Positions 1 through 9,444 of a DNA stretch of 38,635 nucleotides are shown here, piece by piece (within the stretch, counting starts at the first letter, position 1; every line of letters starts with the position of its first letter). Where the stretch lies: positions 1 through 38,635 of the forward strand of contig CBDATR010000001.1 of NCBI GenBank assembly GCA_965200155.1, given 5' to 3'. Made by a program: the position numbers and the translations under genes. The notes beneath the pieces were generated by a model. That model saw nothing but the letters and a program-made list of their open reading frames with translations. It searched no databases and had not been told where the DNA came from. Origin of the DNA: Nitrosopumilaceae archaeon. Its GTDB lineage: Archaea > Thermoproteota > Nitrososphaeria > Nitrososphaerales > Nitrosopumilaceae.

Positions 1-46
1 GATTACATGACAACCAACAAATACAATCCAAATTCAGCACCAATAC

Positions 47-1297
47 ATGACCAATGTGCTGGTGGTTGGATCCGGCGGTCGCGAACATGCCCTAGCCTGG
101 AAGCTGGACCAGAGTTCCAGGGTCGATACTGTGTATGTGGCGCCGGGAAACGGTGGTACCAAAAACTGCGTCTCCATACCTGCAGACGATATATCGTCCC
201 TGGCCGACTTTGCCAGTGATAACAAATGCTTCACCGTAGTGGGGCCCGAGGCGCCACTGTCTGCCGGGATATTCGACTTGTTTGAGAGCCGTGGCATAAG
301 ACTGTTCGGGCCCGGTCGAGAGGCGGCTAGGCTGGAGTCCAGCAAGGCATGGGCCAAGTCATTCATGATCAGACATAACATACGAACCGCTGCCTACGGT
401 GTCTTTGGTGATATGCGCAATGCCTTGGAGTACGTGGAGGCGGCTGAGTATGATGTTGTAGTCAAGGCTGACGGTCTGGCGGCCGGTAAGGGCGTTACGG
501 TATGTAATGACAAGGATTCTGCATATGCTGCCATACGGGACATAATGCAGAATAACCGATTCGGAGATGCGGGAAGACAGGTTGTAATAGAGGAGAATTT
601 GGCCGGTGTCGAGGCCTCATACATCGCCATATGTGACGGTACTGTATCAGTACCCATGGCCACCAGCAGGGATCACAAGCGTGCGCTGAACGGAGATCTT
701 GGACCCAATACCGGCGGCATGGGAGCTTATTCCCCTACACAGGTAATAGACGATGACATGGCATGCAAAATTCAGTCCGATATAATACAGAAAACGGTAT
801 CCGGCATGAAAGATGAGGGTGCACCATTCTCCGGCTTTCTATATGCTGGCATAATGATAAGTCACGGAGAGCCATACGTACTGGAGTATAATGTCCGCAT
901 GGGTGATCCCGAATGCCAGCCTATTGTAATGCGCATGGACTTTGATCTATTCCAGTATATGGACGCGGCCGTATCGGGTAATCTTTCGGACATGTCCACT
1001 CCAAGATGGAATCCCGGTCATGCGGCATGCGTGGTTCTTGCATCCCGGGGATACCCCGGCAAGTACCGTACCGGCCAGACAATCCGGTTACCACCTGTAC
1101 CCTCCCACACCAGGGTATTCCATGCGGGGACTAGGCGTACCGGCGGGGATTTGCAGTCCAGTGGGGGAAGGGTACTGGGTGTTACGTCACTTGGCAGCAG
1201 CCTTGAGGATGCCTTGAGCCGCGCGTATAATACGGCGAATATGGTATCTTGGGACGACAAATACTGCCGCACCGATATTGGACGCAGCGGAATCTAG
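47..1297 (+). CDS. purD: phosphoribosylamine--glycine ligase
   Basis: VLVVGSGGREHALAW, VVKADGLAAGKGV, GPNTGGMGAY, LEYNVRMGDPE motifs. Confidence 0.97.
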   Translation: MTNVLVVGSGGREHALAWKLDQSSRVDTVYVAPGNGGTKNCVSIPADDISSLADFASDNKCFTVVGPEAPLSAGIFDLFESRGIRLFGPGREAARLESSKAWAKSFMIRHNIRTAAYGVFGDMRNALEYVEAAEYDVVVKADGLAAGKGVTVCNDKDSAYAAIRDIMQNNRFGDAGRQVVIEENLAGVEASYIAICDGTVSVPMATSRDHKRALNGDLGPNTGGMGAYSPTQVIDDDMACKIQSDIIQKTVSGMKDEGAPFSGFLYAGIMISHGEPYVLEYNVRMGDPECQPIVMRMDFDLFQYMDAAVSGNLSDMSTPRWNPGHAACVVLASRGYPGKYRTGQTIRLPPVPSHTRVFHAGTRRTGGDLQSSGGRVLGVTSLGSSLEDALSRAYNTANMVSWDDKYCRTDIGRSGI

Positions 1298-1809
1298 ACT
1301 TTATGTGTGCGGCTCTCGCTCACTACCCAATCCACCAAAATGTCATGCTCATGGCGGGGCATTTTTCTCACTATCTGCTTTTCCAGCGTAATGGCTATGG
1401 AAGTGGTGGGATGTCTTCCCAAATACTCGTCATAGTAGCCTCCCCCATACCCCATACGATCACCCTGCAGCGTTACGCATATGGCCGGGACCAGCAGGAT
1501 ATCCGGTATGGCTGGCGGGCACCTGCGTCTTGGTTCCATGATTCCATATGTGCCGCGCATCAGATCCGCGGCACTATTTACCATACAGAATACAATCCTG
1601 CCGTCCCGCAGGGCTGGCAATAGCAGGCTCTGGCCCCTATTCATTATGTCATTCATTATGTCCTGTGTCATTATCTCGCTACCTATTGCATGATGTGCGC
1701 CCACACTACTAGCCTCAATGAGCGGTTCCATGTCTGAGAGTCTGGTACGTATCTTTTGACTGGCAATCTGTAACATGTCATGTGAGGTGGAGTCGCGTCT
1801 ATCTAGCAT
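1294..1809 (-). CDS. 5-formyltetrahydrofolate cyclo-ligase; true start may lie near 1851
   Basis: DILLVPA..RMGYGGGYYD and HDILVD motifs; adjacent to folD. Confidence 0.92.
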   Translation of the reverse strand: MLDRRDSTSHDMLQIASQKIRTRLSDMEPLIEASSVGAHHAIGSEIMTQDIMNDIMNRGQSLLLPALRDGRIVFCMVNSAADLMRGTYGIMEPRRRCPPAIPDILLVPAICVTLQGDRMGYGGGYYDEYLGRHPTTSIAITLEKQIVRKMPRHEHDILVDWVVSESRTHKV

Positions 1810-1837
1810 AAGGGCACGCAGTGCCTCTTTGCCATGA

Positions 1838-2689
1838 TCACTTTCCGATATGTTCGGCCGCCACCATTGTATTATACAGCAACATGGCCACTGTCATCGG
1901 ACCTACGCCACCGGGAACGGGAGTCGCGTATGATGCCTTCTCCAGTACACTTGCAAAGTCTGCATCACCGGAGAGTTTTCCATTCTCGCGGTTTATGGCC
2001 ACATCTAGTACAACTGCGCCCTCCCGTATCATGTCTGCATTCAGCACAAAACGCCCGTTACCCACGCCTGTAACTATAATATCCGCGCTTCTGCAAATGT
2101 CTGCCAAGTTCCTGGTCTTGGAGTGGCACATTGTAACGGTGGAGTCTCGCTGCAGCATCAGGTGATACAGGGGTTTGCCTACCAGTATACTGCGGTTTAT
2201 TATCACTGCATGCTTGCCGGTCAGGCTTATCTTGTAGTAGTCCAGCATGCGAATTATGCCCGAGGGTGTACAGGCTGCAATTCTTGCACGACCTGATGCC
2301 AGCAGGCCTGCACTGGCAGGGGTCAATCCATCAACATCCTTGTCCGGCGATATGGTGCTTGTGGCCGCAAACTCATCCATGTGCACTGGAAGGGGCAGTT
2401 GTACCAGTATGCCATGAACCGTTCTATCATGATTGATACTGTCTATCAGCGAAATTAGTTCGCCCTGTGTAGCCGTTACCGGTAAGCGATAGTCCCGAGT
2501 TTTGATACCCGCCTTCTCGCACGCAATGTGCTTGTTCCGTACGTATATCTTGGATGGTCCCTCATCTCCCACCAATATGGTTGCCAGGCAGGGCACAATC
2601 CCTTTCTGGCGCATAAGGGCCGTCCTTGCTGTTACCTCCTGCTTTACGGATTCAGCAACCTCCAAACCATTCATGGCTGTTCCAGTCAA
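1838..2689 (-). CDS. folD: methylene-THF dehydrogenase/cyclohydrolase
   Basis: VHGILVQLPLP, KDVDG, CTPSG, TPVPGGVGPMTVAML. Confidence 0.97.
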   Translation of the reverse strand: MTGTAMNGLEVAESVKQEVTARTALMRQKGIVPCLATILVGDEGPSKIYVRNKHIACEKAGIKTRDYRLPVTATQGELISLIDSINHDRTVHGILVQLPLPVHMDEFAATSTISPDKDVDGLTPASAGLLASGRARIAACTPSGIIRMLDYYKISLTGKHAVIINRSILVGKPLYHLMLQRDSTVTMCHSKTRNLADICRSADIIVTGVGNGRFVLNADMIREGAVVLDVAINRENGKLSGDADFASVLEKASYATPVPGGVGPMTVAMLLYNTMVAAEHIGK

Positions 2690-2734
2690 TGTCTCTGTGG
2701 ACTACTGTCGTACAATTAAACCATGCCTGTGCCG

Positions 2735-3912
2735 GAGTTTGTTGCATAACTGACTTTGACAGAATACAGGTTCCCCATGTCGTAATCTACGTTACTGCCG
2801 CGTCCGCCCACTCGTTGCACTCGTATGTTATCCCATTTCCGCGCCATTAATCCGTGCCCGAATAATCGTTTGAACGGGAACCGGCTCTATGATTATCTCG
2901 ATTATCCATCGCCTGTTGTACCCTTTTGCCGCCTTCCAGTACTGCTTGTTTTCGACCTTTTCCTCATCAGAAAGGCGGAAAATGGGCGATTCCGGGCTTC
3001 CTCCAAGACTGCAAGTCCCCATGAGTCGCCTTTCCTTTGGTGGAATTTAGCTGAAGTGGAATGGTTGTCCGGATGCGATTATCACTGCACAATTTCATGT
3101 TATCCCTGGACGCGTATGCTCCATCCGCAAGCAACTCGAGGTTGCATGCGCGCTTCTCATCATTATTCGGTAAGGGGGACACACCGTTAGTCAGCGTGTT
3201 TCCGGGTGGTGGCTTATCTGTTGGTCCTGCCAGAGATGGCAACTGTTGCAATGGGTCCGGAACTTTCCAATTCCAGAGTGTGCTCCCTTTCCGGTTGTGG
3301 CTCTTCTGCATACGAGCCCAGTACTGCATTGTTTAACATGCGCGTATCCCCAACCCACTCGCCGGTAACCGTAAATGCATATGCTCTCCCAGTCCGCGAG
3401 CACTGATGAATCCGCGTCTCTTTTTCCATTTGGTTCTAATCCACTCACCACGATTCAAGGCCGGTCGAGTCCACAATCATGGTTCTAGTCAGTTTTTTGT
3501 CTGTGCAGGCAAATACTGTTCTTCTTGTCTATGTCTATCCCTTCCGCGTATGTATGTGGAGTAGTACGGGGTTTGGTGCCCTTCTAGTATTCCTGTAGGG
3601 AATCCGGATACCTGCCTGTATCTCATACCTAATGCCGTTCTCAGTGTCATGTAACATGCCCACAGCATACTGGTAGGGAGCACCCTCTTTGTTATGGTTG
3701 GCCTTTTCAATCCCATGCATGATCAAAGCCAAATAGCCTCCCACTGGACGTACTTGGCATTGTCGGTGAATACCATCAAGTTTGTTTAAAAAATCTCAGA
3801 TGTAATACTTGGATCCAAGTTAGTAATTACTATGACAGAATAAACGAAAATACTCAAACCATTCCTCACATACATTTTTAATCTAACTTGTTTGGAGTTA
3901 TGCAACAAACTA
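2735..3912 (-). mobile_element. IS5-family (IS903-like) element with frameshifted transposase, copy 1
   Basis: Perfect 16-bp TIR AGTTTGTTGCATAACT (2736-2751 / 3896-3911); degenerate 8-bp TSD ctgtgccg/ctgtatcg; fragments LADGAYAS and YWKAAKGYNRRWIIE lie in different frames. Confidence 0.88.
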
Positions 3913-3962
3913 CTGTATCGTCTCGCAAATTTACATAATTAGTTTATATATGCAGCTACGGC

Positions 3963-4934
3963 GTGCAAATGATATTGCAGCAAGTAGGAAGGGACATGTA
4001 TGGTGCCATATGCACGTATCGTGATACCATAATACGGCTGGATCCTCGTACCCTGGGTTCCGGAATCAACTTTGTCTCTCACGCGCATACGGATCACCTA
4101 CCTGCGCCCCGTGACGGCAAGGTACTTACCGCCAAGTCTACCGTTCACCTGGCCCGGGCCCGTGGAAAAAACCTGACTCATTACGACGAATATGTGGATG
4201 GCTTGAAGCTGTACGACTCCGGCCATATACTGGGATCCCGTAGCATAATGGTAGGTGACATATTCTATACCGGTGACATATGCACTCGAACCAGGGGGTT
4301 TCTGGAAGGCGCCAAGATACCACAGTGCGAGACATTAATAACTGAGTGCACCTTTGGGCTTCCGGAATTTTCGTTCCCGCCCATACACAAAGTCCGTGCC
4401 CTGGTTGATGAGATTATATCCAAGATGTACGCGCGCGGTGTCCCTGTCATACTAATGGGCTATGAGCTAGGCAAGGCACAGACACTCTCGCAAATGTTCT
4501 CCCACTGGGAACCAGTGTACTATCACGACTCGGTAAAAAAGATGAATGACATACATCGCCAGCTGGGCATATCCATCCCCGACCGGTTGGGACATACAGA
4601 AGCCATGAATGCCGGGCTACTCAGGAAGCGTCCGTGGATAATGATAGCGCCAATGCTAAAGTCAAAATCCCCATTCCTTGCGGAGATGCGGCAGTATGGG
4701 GCAGTAACCGTATCTTTTAGCGGCTGGGCCGTCTCCGGTCAGCATGTACGCAGTGGGGCGGACTATAACATACCACTCAGTGATCACTGCGATTTTAATG
4801 AACTTGTTGATATGGTGAAAAGAAGTGGGGCCAGTCAGGTGTATACGGTGCACGGTTTTGTAGATTATTTTGCCGCGTCACTGGCAGAGCAGGGCATCAA
4901 CGCCGAGCCACTACCTTTGAGGGCATTGCACTAA
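3963..4934 (+). CDS. MBL-fold/beta-CASP nuclease
   Basis: SHAHTDH, GHILGS, YTGD, ECTFG, LSDHCD, VHG motifs. Confidence 0.9.
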   Translation: MQMILQQVGRDMYGAICTYRDTIIRLDPRTLGSGINFVSHAHTDHLPAPRDGKVLTAKSTVHLARARGKNLTHYDEYVDGLKLYDSGHILGSRSIMVGDIFYTGDICTRTRGFLEGAKIPQCETLITECTFGLPEFSFPPIHKVRALVDEIISKMYARGVPVILMGYELGKAQTLSQMFSHWEPVYYHDSVKKMNDIHRQLGISIPDRLGHTEAMNAGLLRKRPWIMIAPMLKSKSPFLAEMRQYGAVTVSFSGWAVSGQHVRSGADYNIPLSDHCDFNELVDMVKRSGASQVYTVHGFVDYFAASLAEQGINAEPLPLRALH

Positions 4935-5160
4935 CAAATTTATCGCACTGACAGTTTGAGTTCAGGCATGTTCCTGTATTGTTTACATGCGAATAGTTCA
5001 TGTGGCCGCACTTGGCACAGGTCCTTCTTTTAGTCTCCCTGGCGACCACTATCTGTGCTATGCGGTTGGCTTCTATGCGCGAGAGTCTCTTCTTATCAAT
5101 GTAAAAGCGAACTACACTATTGTATAGTTTCTCTACATCAAAGCTACGTTCCACCTGCAT
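4897..5160 (-). CDS. small hypothetical protein with C-terminal Cys/His zinc-finger-like motif
   Basis: CAKCGH..H..C...CQC pattern; converges on the nuclease gene. Confidence 0.65.
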   Translation of the reverse strand: MQVERSFDVEKLYNSVVRFYIDKKRLSRIEANRIAQIVVARETKRRTCAKCGHMNYSHVNNTGTCLNSNCQCDKFVSAMPSKVVARR

Positions 5161-5318
5161 TCACTCTCCACATTTCATAGTCGGGCATGAATCGTTCCTG
5201 CACGTCTAATGCATGCCGGGGTATGTGCCATGGAGTCGATACGGGCATCAGTTTACTTTGGCGAATATGGTCTTGTACCATAATATCCATACACTCTTTT
5301 TCTATTTGAGTCTGAGTA

Positions 5319-5959
5319 TCATATGTTGTATTTTGCCTTAAAATTACGATAGAACAACTCCATGTTGCGCCGCAGTGTGCCTAACAGTTCTATGTCTTTC
5401 AAATCCTTGCGCATATGCATACCCCATGCGCCGGCCATGGGCAGGTCCACTTCAAGATGAAACTGAATTCCCACTATGGACCCGCAGCAGAATGCCTGGT
5501 TTTCATATAATGCGGACTTGGCCAATCGTTCTGAGCCAGGTGGCAACTCAAAGGAGTCATTGTGCCAGTGAAAGACCAGATGTGGTATGTCAGCACCGCG
5601 AAACAGGTCTGAATTCAGATCCGGAACCAGATCCTCTGTGAATCCCGCTTCCGTATATTTGCCCACAAACACGCTGCCTCCCAAAGCCCGGGCGGCTATC
5701 TGGGCGCCCAGACACACACCCAATACGGGTATCTCTTTCTTGTGGCATACCCGTAAAGATCCTCCTGTTCGCGCAGGTATGACTCATTGTCATTGGCGCT
5801 CTGTGGTCCGCCCAGAATAACCACTGGCTCATGGGCTGTCTCCGGTACGCCATGCTTTGCATGATATATTCTGGTATCCAGTCCGTCATTCCGGAATAAC
5901 TCATACAGTGTTCCCGGCCCTTCCATGGGACTATTCTGTATGAACATCGTTACCATCAT
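5319..5959 (-). pseudogene. class I glutamine amidotransferase with a 1-bp frameshift near 5755
   Basis: EGPG and ILGGPQSAND are in one frame; PVLGVCLGAQ, FHWHND and QFHLE are in another. Confidence 0.85.
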
Positions 5960-6031
5960 GGCGTTGGCCAAAATGTATCTTGTGCGCAAATGCCGCAACG
6001 CATTTTTTAACAATCACTTTGGTGAATCAGT

Positions 6032-6382
6032 ATGGATGAATCACAGGCCATACAGAAGTTTATCATGGATTTAGAACACGATGGCGGTGTGGTGATCGTA
6101 GAAGGAAAGCAGGATGCCCGGGCTTTAAGGTATCTGGGTTTCACCGGGACCCTGATGCAGTTTCATCAGTACCGTGGATTTGTACAATTCGCCGATGTAA
6201 TGGCATCCCATGATCATGTGGTGGTACTATTTGATTATGATCGTGAGGGTAAGAATATGACCTCTAGAATGGTGCGGCTATTGCAGAGGCGAACCAAAGT
6301 GGATTTGTCTTATCGAAAACGCCTTATTCGTATAACCCAGGGCAGGATAAGATTCGTTGAGGAACTGATAGCGTACGCTTAA
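6032..6382 (+). CDS. small Toprim-domain protein
   Basis: VIVEGKQD and FDYDREG Toprim motifs. Confidence 0.88.
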   Translation: MDESQAIQKFIMDLEHDGGVVIVEGKQDARALRYLGFTGTLMQFHQYRGFVQFADVMASHDHVVVLFDYDREGKNMTSRMVRLLQRRTKVDLSYRKRLIRITQGRIRFVEELIAYA

Positions 6383-7650
6383 GGCCAGATACCGCGAACA
6401 TGATGCGTGTCTATAACTCTACGAACCGCTACGGCCATGGCCGCCCTGCGCATGTCGATCTTTTTGGCTACAGACATTTTGTATGTGTCGTTAAATCCTG
6501 CAACTAGGTGCTCTTCCATGAGTCCTGCCACCTTGTCGAAACTCCAATACTGTCCTATATTATTCTGCACCCACTCATAGTATGAAATTGTAACACCACC
6601 AGCATTAGCCAGTATGTCCGGTATGACCAATATGTCCTTGTCGTATAGTATGGGATCCGCCTCCGGGATTGTGGGTCCGTTGGCGGCCTCTCCTATAATT
6701 CGACATTGTATATTTTGCGCTATCTCCTGGGTTATCTGGTTTTCCAAGGCTCCTGGAACCAATACATCACATTTGGCACAAAGCAGATCCGCAGTAGATA
6801 CCTGCCTGCTCTCTCCAAATCCAACTACGGTACCATTTTTGGTCTTCCAATCCATAAGTTCTGACATTTTCATTCCATTGGGCTCCAGTATGCTACCCTG
6901 TGAATCAGACGCACCAATTATGGTACATCCCATCTCCTCTAGGTATCTTCCTGCAAAGGTAGATGCATTACCAAAGCCCTGTAACACTACTGTTGCCTTA
7001 TCCAACTTTGTCTTCAAAACACTTGCTGCCTCCCGTACACATATGGCTGTGCCCAATCCAGTGGCAACATTCCTCGCTTGTGAACCGCCCACTAGTAATG
7101 GCTTGCCGGTTATGGTGCCCGGCTGGTAGGTTACGCCGTTAAGCTTTCCATATGTGTCCATTATCTGTGTCATCTCTCGGCCTGTGGTGTAAACATCCGG
7201 TGCCGGTATGTCCTTTTGCGGACCTATTATTTCAGATATCATAAAGGCAAAGCCGCGGGTTAACCTCTCCATCTCTCCCAAACTGAGGTTCTCTTTCTTT
7301 GGGTTAACGAATATAGCTCCCTTGCCTCCGCCCAATGGCACATTTGCAATGGCGGTCTTCCAAGTCATCCATGCAGAGAGTGCCATCACTTCTCTCTCCA
7401 TATATTCTACACCGCCTTCGGGATCAAAGTATCTGATGCCTCCCTTGTAGGGACCACGATCATTGTTGTGCTGGCTCCGGAATCCGGTGAATACTCGGAG
7501 AGTGCCATCATCCATGCGAACAGGTATCTTTACGCGTAGGACCTTGTTTGGCATAGCTAGATACTCCCGTAGTCCGGCGTCGTTCTCTCCTAGCACTTCA
7601 CACGCATCATGAAGCTGCTGAACTGCATGATTAAATGGATCACTAGCCAT
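6379..7650 (-). CDS. gdhA: glutamate dehydrogenase (Glu/Leu/Phe/Val family)
   Basis: GPYKGGIR, GGGKG, DIPAPD, QGFGNA, EAANGP, PDILANAGGV. Confidence 0.96.
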   Translation of the reverse strand: MASDPFNHAVQQLHDACEVLGENDAGLREYLAMPNKVLRVKIPVRMDDGTLRVFTGFRSQHNNDRGPYKGGIRYFDPEGGVEYMEREVMALSAWMTWKTAIANVPLGGGKGAIFVNPKKENLSLGEMERLTRGFAFMISEIIGPQKDIPAPDVYTTGREMTQIMDTYGKLNGVTYQPGTITGKPLLVGGSQARNVATGLGTAICVREAASVLKTKLDKATVVLQGFGNASTFAGRYLEEMGCTIIGASDSQGSILEPNGMKMSELMDWKTKNGTVVGFGESRQVSTADLLCAKCDVLVPGALENQITQEIAQNIQCRIIGEAANGPTIPEADPILYDKDILVIPDILANAGGVTISYYEWVQNNIGQYWSFDKVAGLMEEHLVAGFNDTYKMSVAKKIDMRRAAMAVAVRRVIDTHHVRGIWP

Positions 7651-7700
7651 ATGAATCCAAAATTTATATGCCTTATTTAAATCTAGGAAGCGGGCAATCG

Positions 7701-7942
7701 GTAACCATTTAGGTCGCGTTATAGATTAACACCTAGATGGTAAATTCACGGACATATGTGAGGCAACATGATAGAAAAAACAAGAACGGACATGTTAGTG
7801 GTGTGTCTTGGTATGAGTTCACGTCTTCCGGAATCTTATGCACAAATCACATTAACTGTCGCGATCAGTTATGCGTAAATTTAGACACAGGTGAACTCAT
7901 ACGTGTCTTGAACAGTTGCCCGGGGGTGACCTAAACTGTTAC
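7701..7942. mobile_element. MITE-B, older TIR element interrupted by MITE-A
   Basis: Imperfect TIR gtaaccatttaggtcgc / gtgacctaaactgttac (14/17); interior resembles 36384-36570 and 38437 onward. Confidence 0.65.
7811..7902 (+). mobile_element. MITE-A (92 bp)
   Basis: 12-bp TIR GTATGAGTTCAC; 8-bp TSD gtgtcttg. Confidence 0.96.
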
Positions 7943-8190
7943 GCGCTGAATGTGCCTTTGTGAGACGCCCACTTTGGATATAATTGGGGTGTTCTTTCTC
8001 CCACTGCACGAGATTATGACGTATTGGAGAGTTTTTTCCATCCAGTGCTTGACTATGATTTGTAGAGTCTTTGTTAGTGGTTTTTGGACTTTACTAGACA
8101 TTTCCCCACTGGCGCTTTAATCTTAGTGCGACCTAATTTTAGTACGCTTGAACTAAAAAACAACAATTATAATTTTTTAGCGAGTGAATC

Positions 8191-8280
8191 GTATGAGTTC
8201 ACGTCTTCCGGAATCTTGTGCACAAATCACATTAACTGTCGCGATCAGTTGTGCGTAAATTTAGACACAGGTGAACTCAT
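8191..8280 (+). mobile_element. MITE-A, right end 2 bp short
   Basis: Near-identical to the other copies; TSD agtgaatc. Confidence 0.95.
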
Positions 8281-8392
8281 AGTGAATCTGGTCGCAAATG
8301 CTACAAAGAGCGGTCCCGGATTCTGGAGTTTGCTCAAATATGATTGTGTCATGCTACGCAAAATATACAAACCATGTTCCATAACCATTACC

Positions 8393-8482
8393 ATGAGTGA
8401 TGAGGAATCACCTGTGGCGTCTAGAGAGGCTAGAATTCGAATGGCGCAAGAGGCAATTAAGAAATTCAAAAAGTTAAACTAA
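8393..8482 (+). CDS. putative 29-aa small protein
   Basis: ATG with TATA-like aaatatac about 25-30 bp upstream; charged helical peptide; ends 26 bp before the TPR gene. Confidence 0.45.
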   Translation: MSDEESPVASREARIRMAQEAIKKFKKLN

Positions 8483-8508
8483 AATCGTACTACATACAAC
8501 TAAAATTT

Positions 8509-9327
8509 ATGGGGTTATTTAAAAAACATAGTCCCGATGAGCTTATGAGTCGGGCCTTGACATTCCTTGAAAATAACCAGCCCAAGGGTGCAGTGGCAAT
8601 GTTTAACCAGATACTCAAGCAAGAGCCAGAAAATCGAGAAGTGTTATACAAAAAAGGGTTGGCGCTAAACCAGATGCGAAAGTTTAGTGATACTGTAACG
8701 TGCTCGGACTTGATACTGAAAAACCACCCCCATGATGCAAGAGCCCTCAACAACAAGGGATGGGCACTAGCCGAGCTTGGCAATATACAGGCCGCTGTGG
8801 AGTGCTATGATTCAGCAATACGGGTAGATTCAAAATATTATGAATCATACTTTAACAAGGGTGTCTTGCTGGCCAAGATGGGAGATCATGAGGAAGCCCT
8901 AGATCTTATGGAACGCGCCATTAAGCTGAATCGAAAAAATCCTGCTCTCTTGACACACCGGGGCATAATACTGGGAAAATTAAAGCGTAATCGCGAGGCG
9001 CTAGATGTATTCGAGTACATGGAAAAACGCTTTGGCCCTCATCCGGATGTGGTATTTCAGCGCAGTATTCAACTTGCGGAGATTGGCGAGCATAAAAAAG
9101 CCATAAAAATACTACAGAGTTTGCCGGATAATCACAAAAATAACGTAAATGTCACGTATGCACTGTCTCGCAGTCACGCTGCATTAAATGAGTATTCCGT
9201 AGCATTGGATCTGCTAAAAAAAGCTGTATCTAAAAGTCCCAAGGTCATACGTTCATGGGCGCAGGAAGAAGAGATTTTCCGGCCACTGCATTCTAACGAG
9301 CAATTCAGAAAAATTGTTAAAATGTAA
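8509..9327 (+). CDS. tetratricopeptide repeat protein
   Basis: Repeated 34-aa units such as LNNKGWALAELG..AVECYDSAI. Confidence 0.92.
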   Translation: MGLFKKHSPDELMSRALTFLENNQPKGAVAMFNQILKQEPENREVLYKKGLALNQMRKFSDTVTCSDLILKNHPHDARALNNKGWALAELGNIQAAVECYDSAIRVDSKYYESYFNKGVLLAKMGDHEEALDLMERAIKLNRKNPALLTHRGIILGKLKRNREALDVFEYMEKRFGPHPDVVFQRSIQLAEIGEHKKAIKILQSLPDNHKNNVNVTYALSRSHAALNEYSVALDLLKKAVSKSPKVIRSWAQEEEIFRPLHSNEQFRKIVKM

Positions 9328-9444
9328 CTGCGTTTGAATCGAATTTGTCACTAAAATAATTAATTAAATTACTGCATACGTGTCTCTGACGCGCACGAGA
9401 CAATGAAATGTTGTCGGTATTTTTCCCCCAAAATACTACTTCAT

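Noticed and set aside
2825-3190. Duplicated plus-strand ORFs (also 27214-27612)
   Set aside because: They are antisense shadows of the IS5-like transposase.
7811-8280. MITE-A copies as CRISPR repeats or tRNA-like genes
   Set aside because: They are dispersed, occur in both orientations, carry TSDs, have no regular spacers and show no cloverleaf motifs.
7737-8482. ORFs containing YEFTSSGILCTNHINCRDQLCVNLDTGEL (also at 16217 and 35863) as a Cys-rich protein family
   Set aside because: This is the translation of the stop-free frame of MITE-A; starts and ends differ at random between copies.
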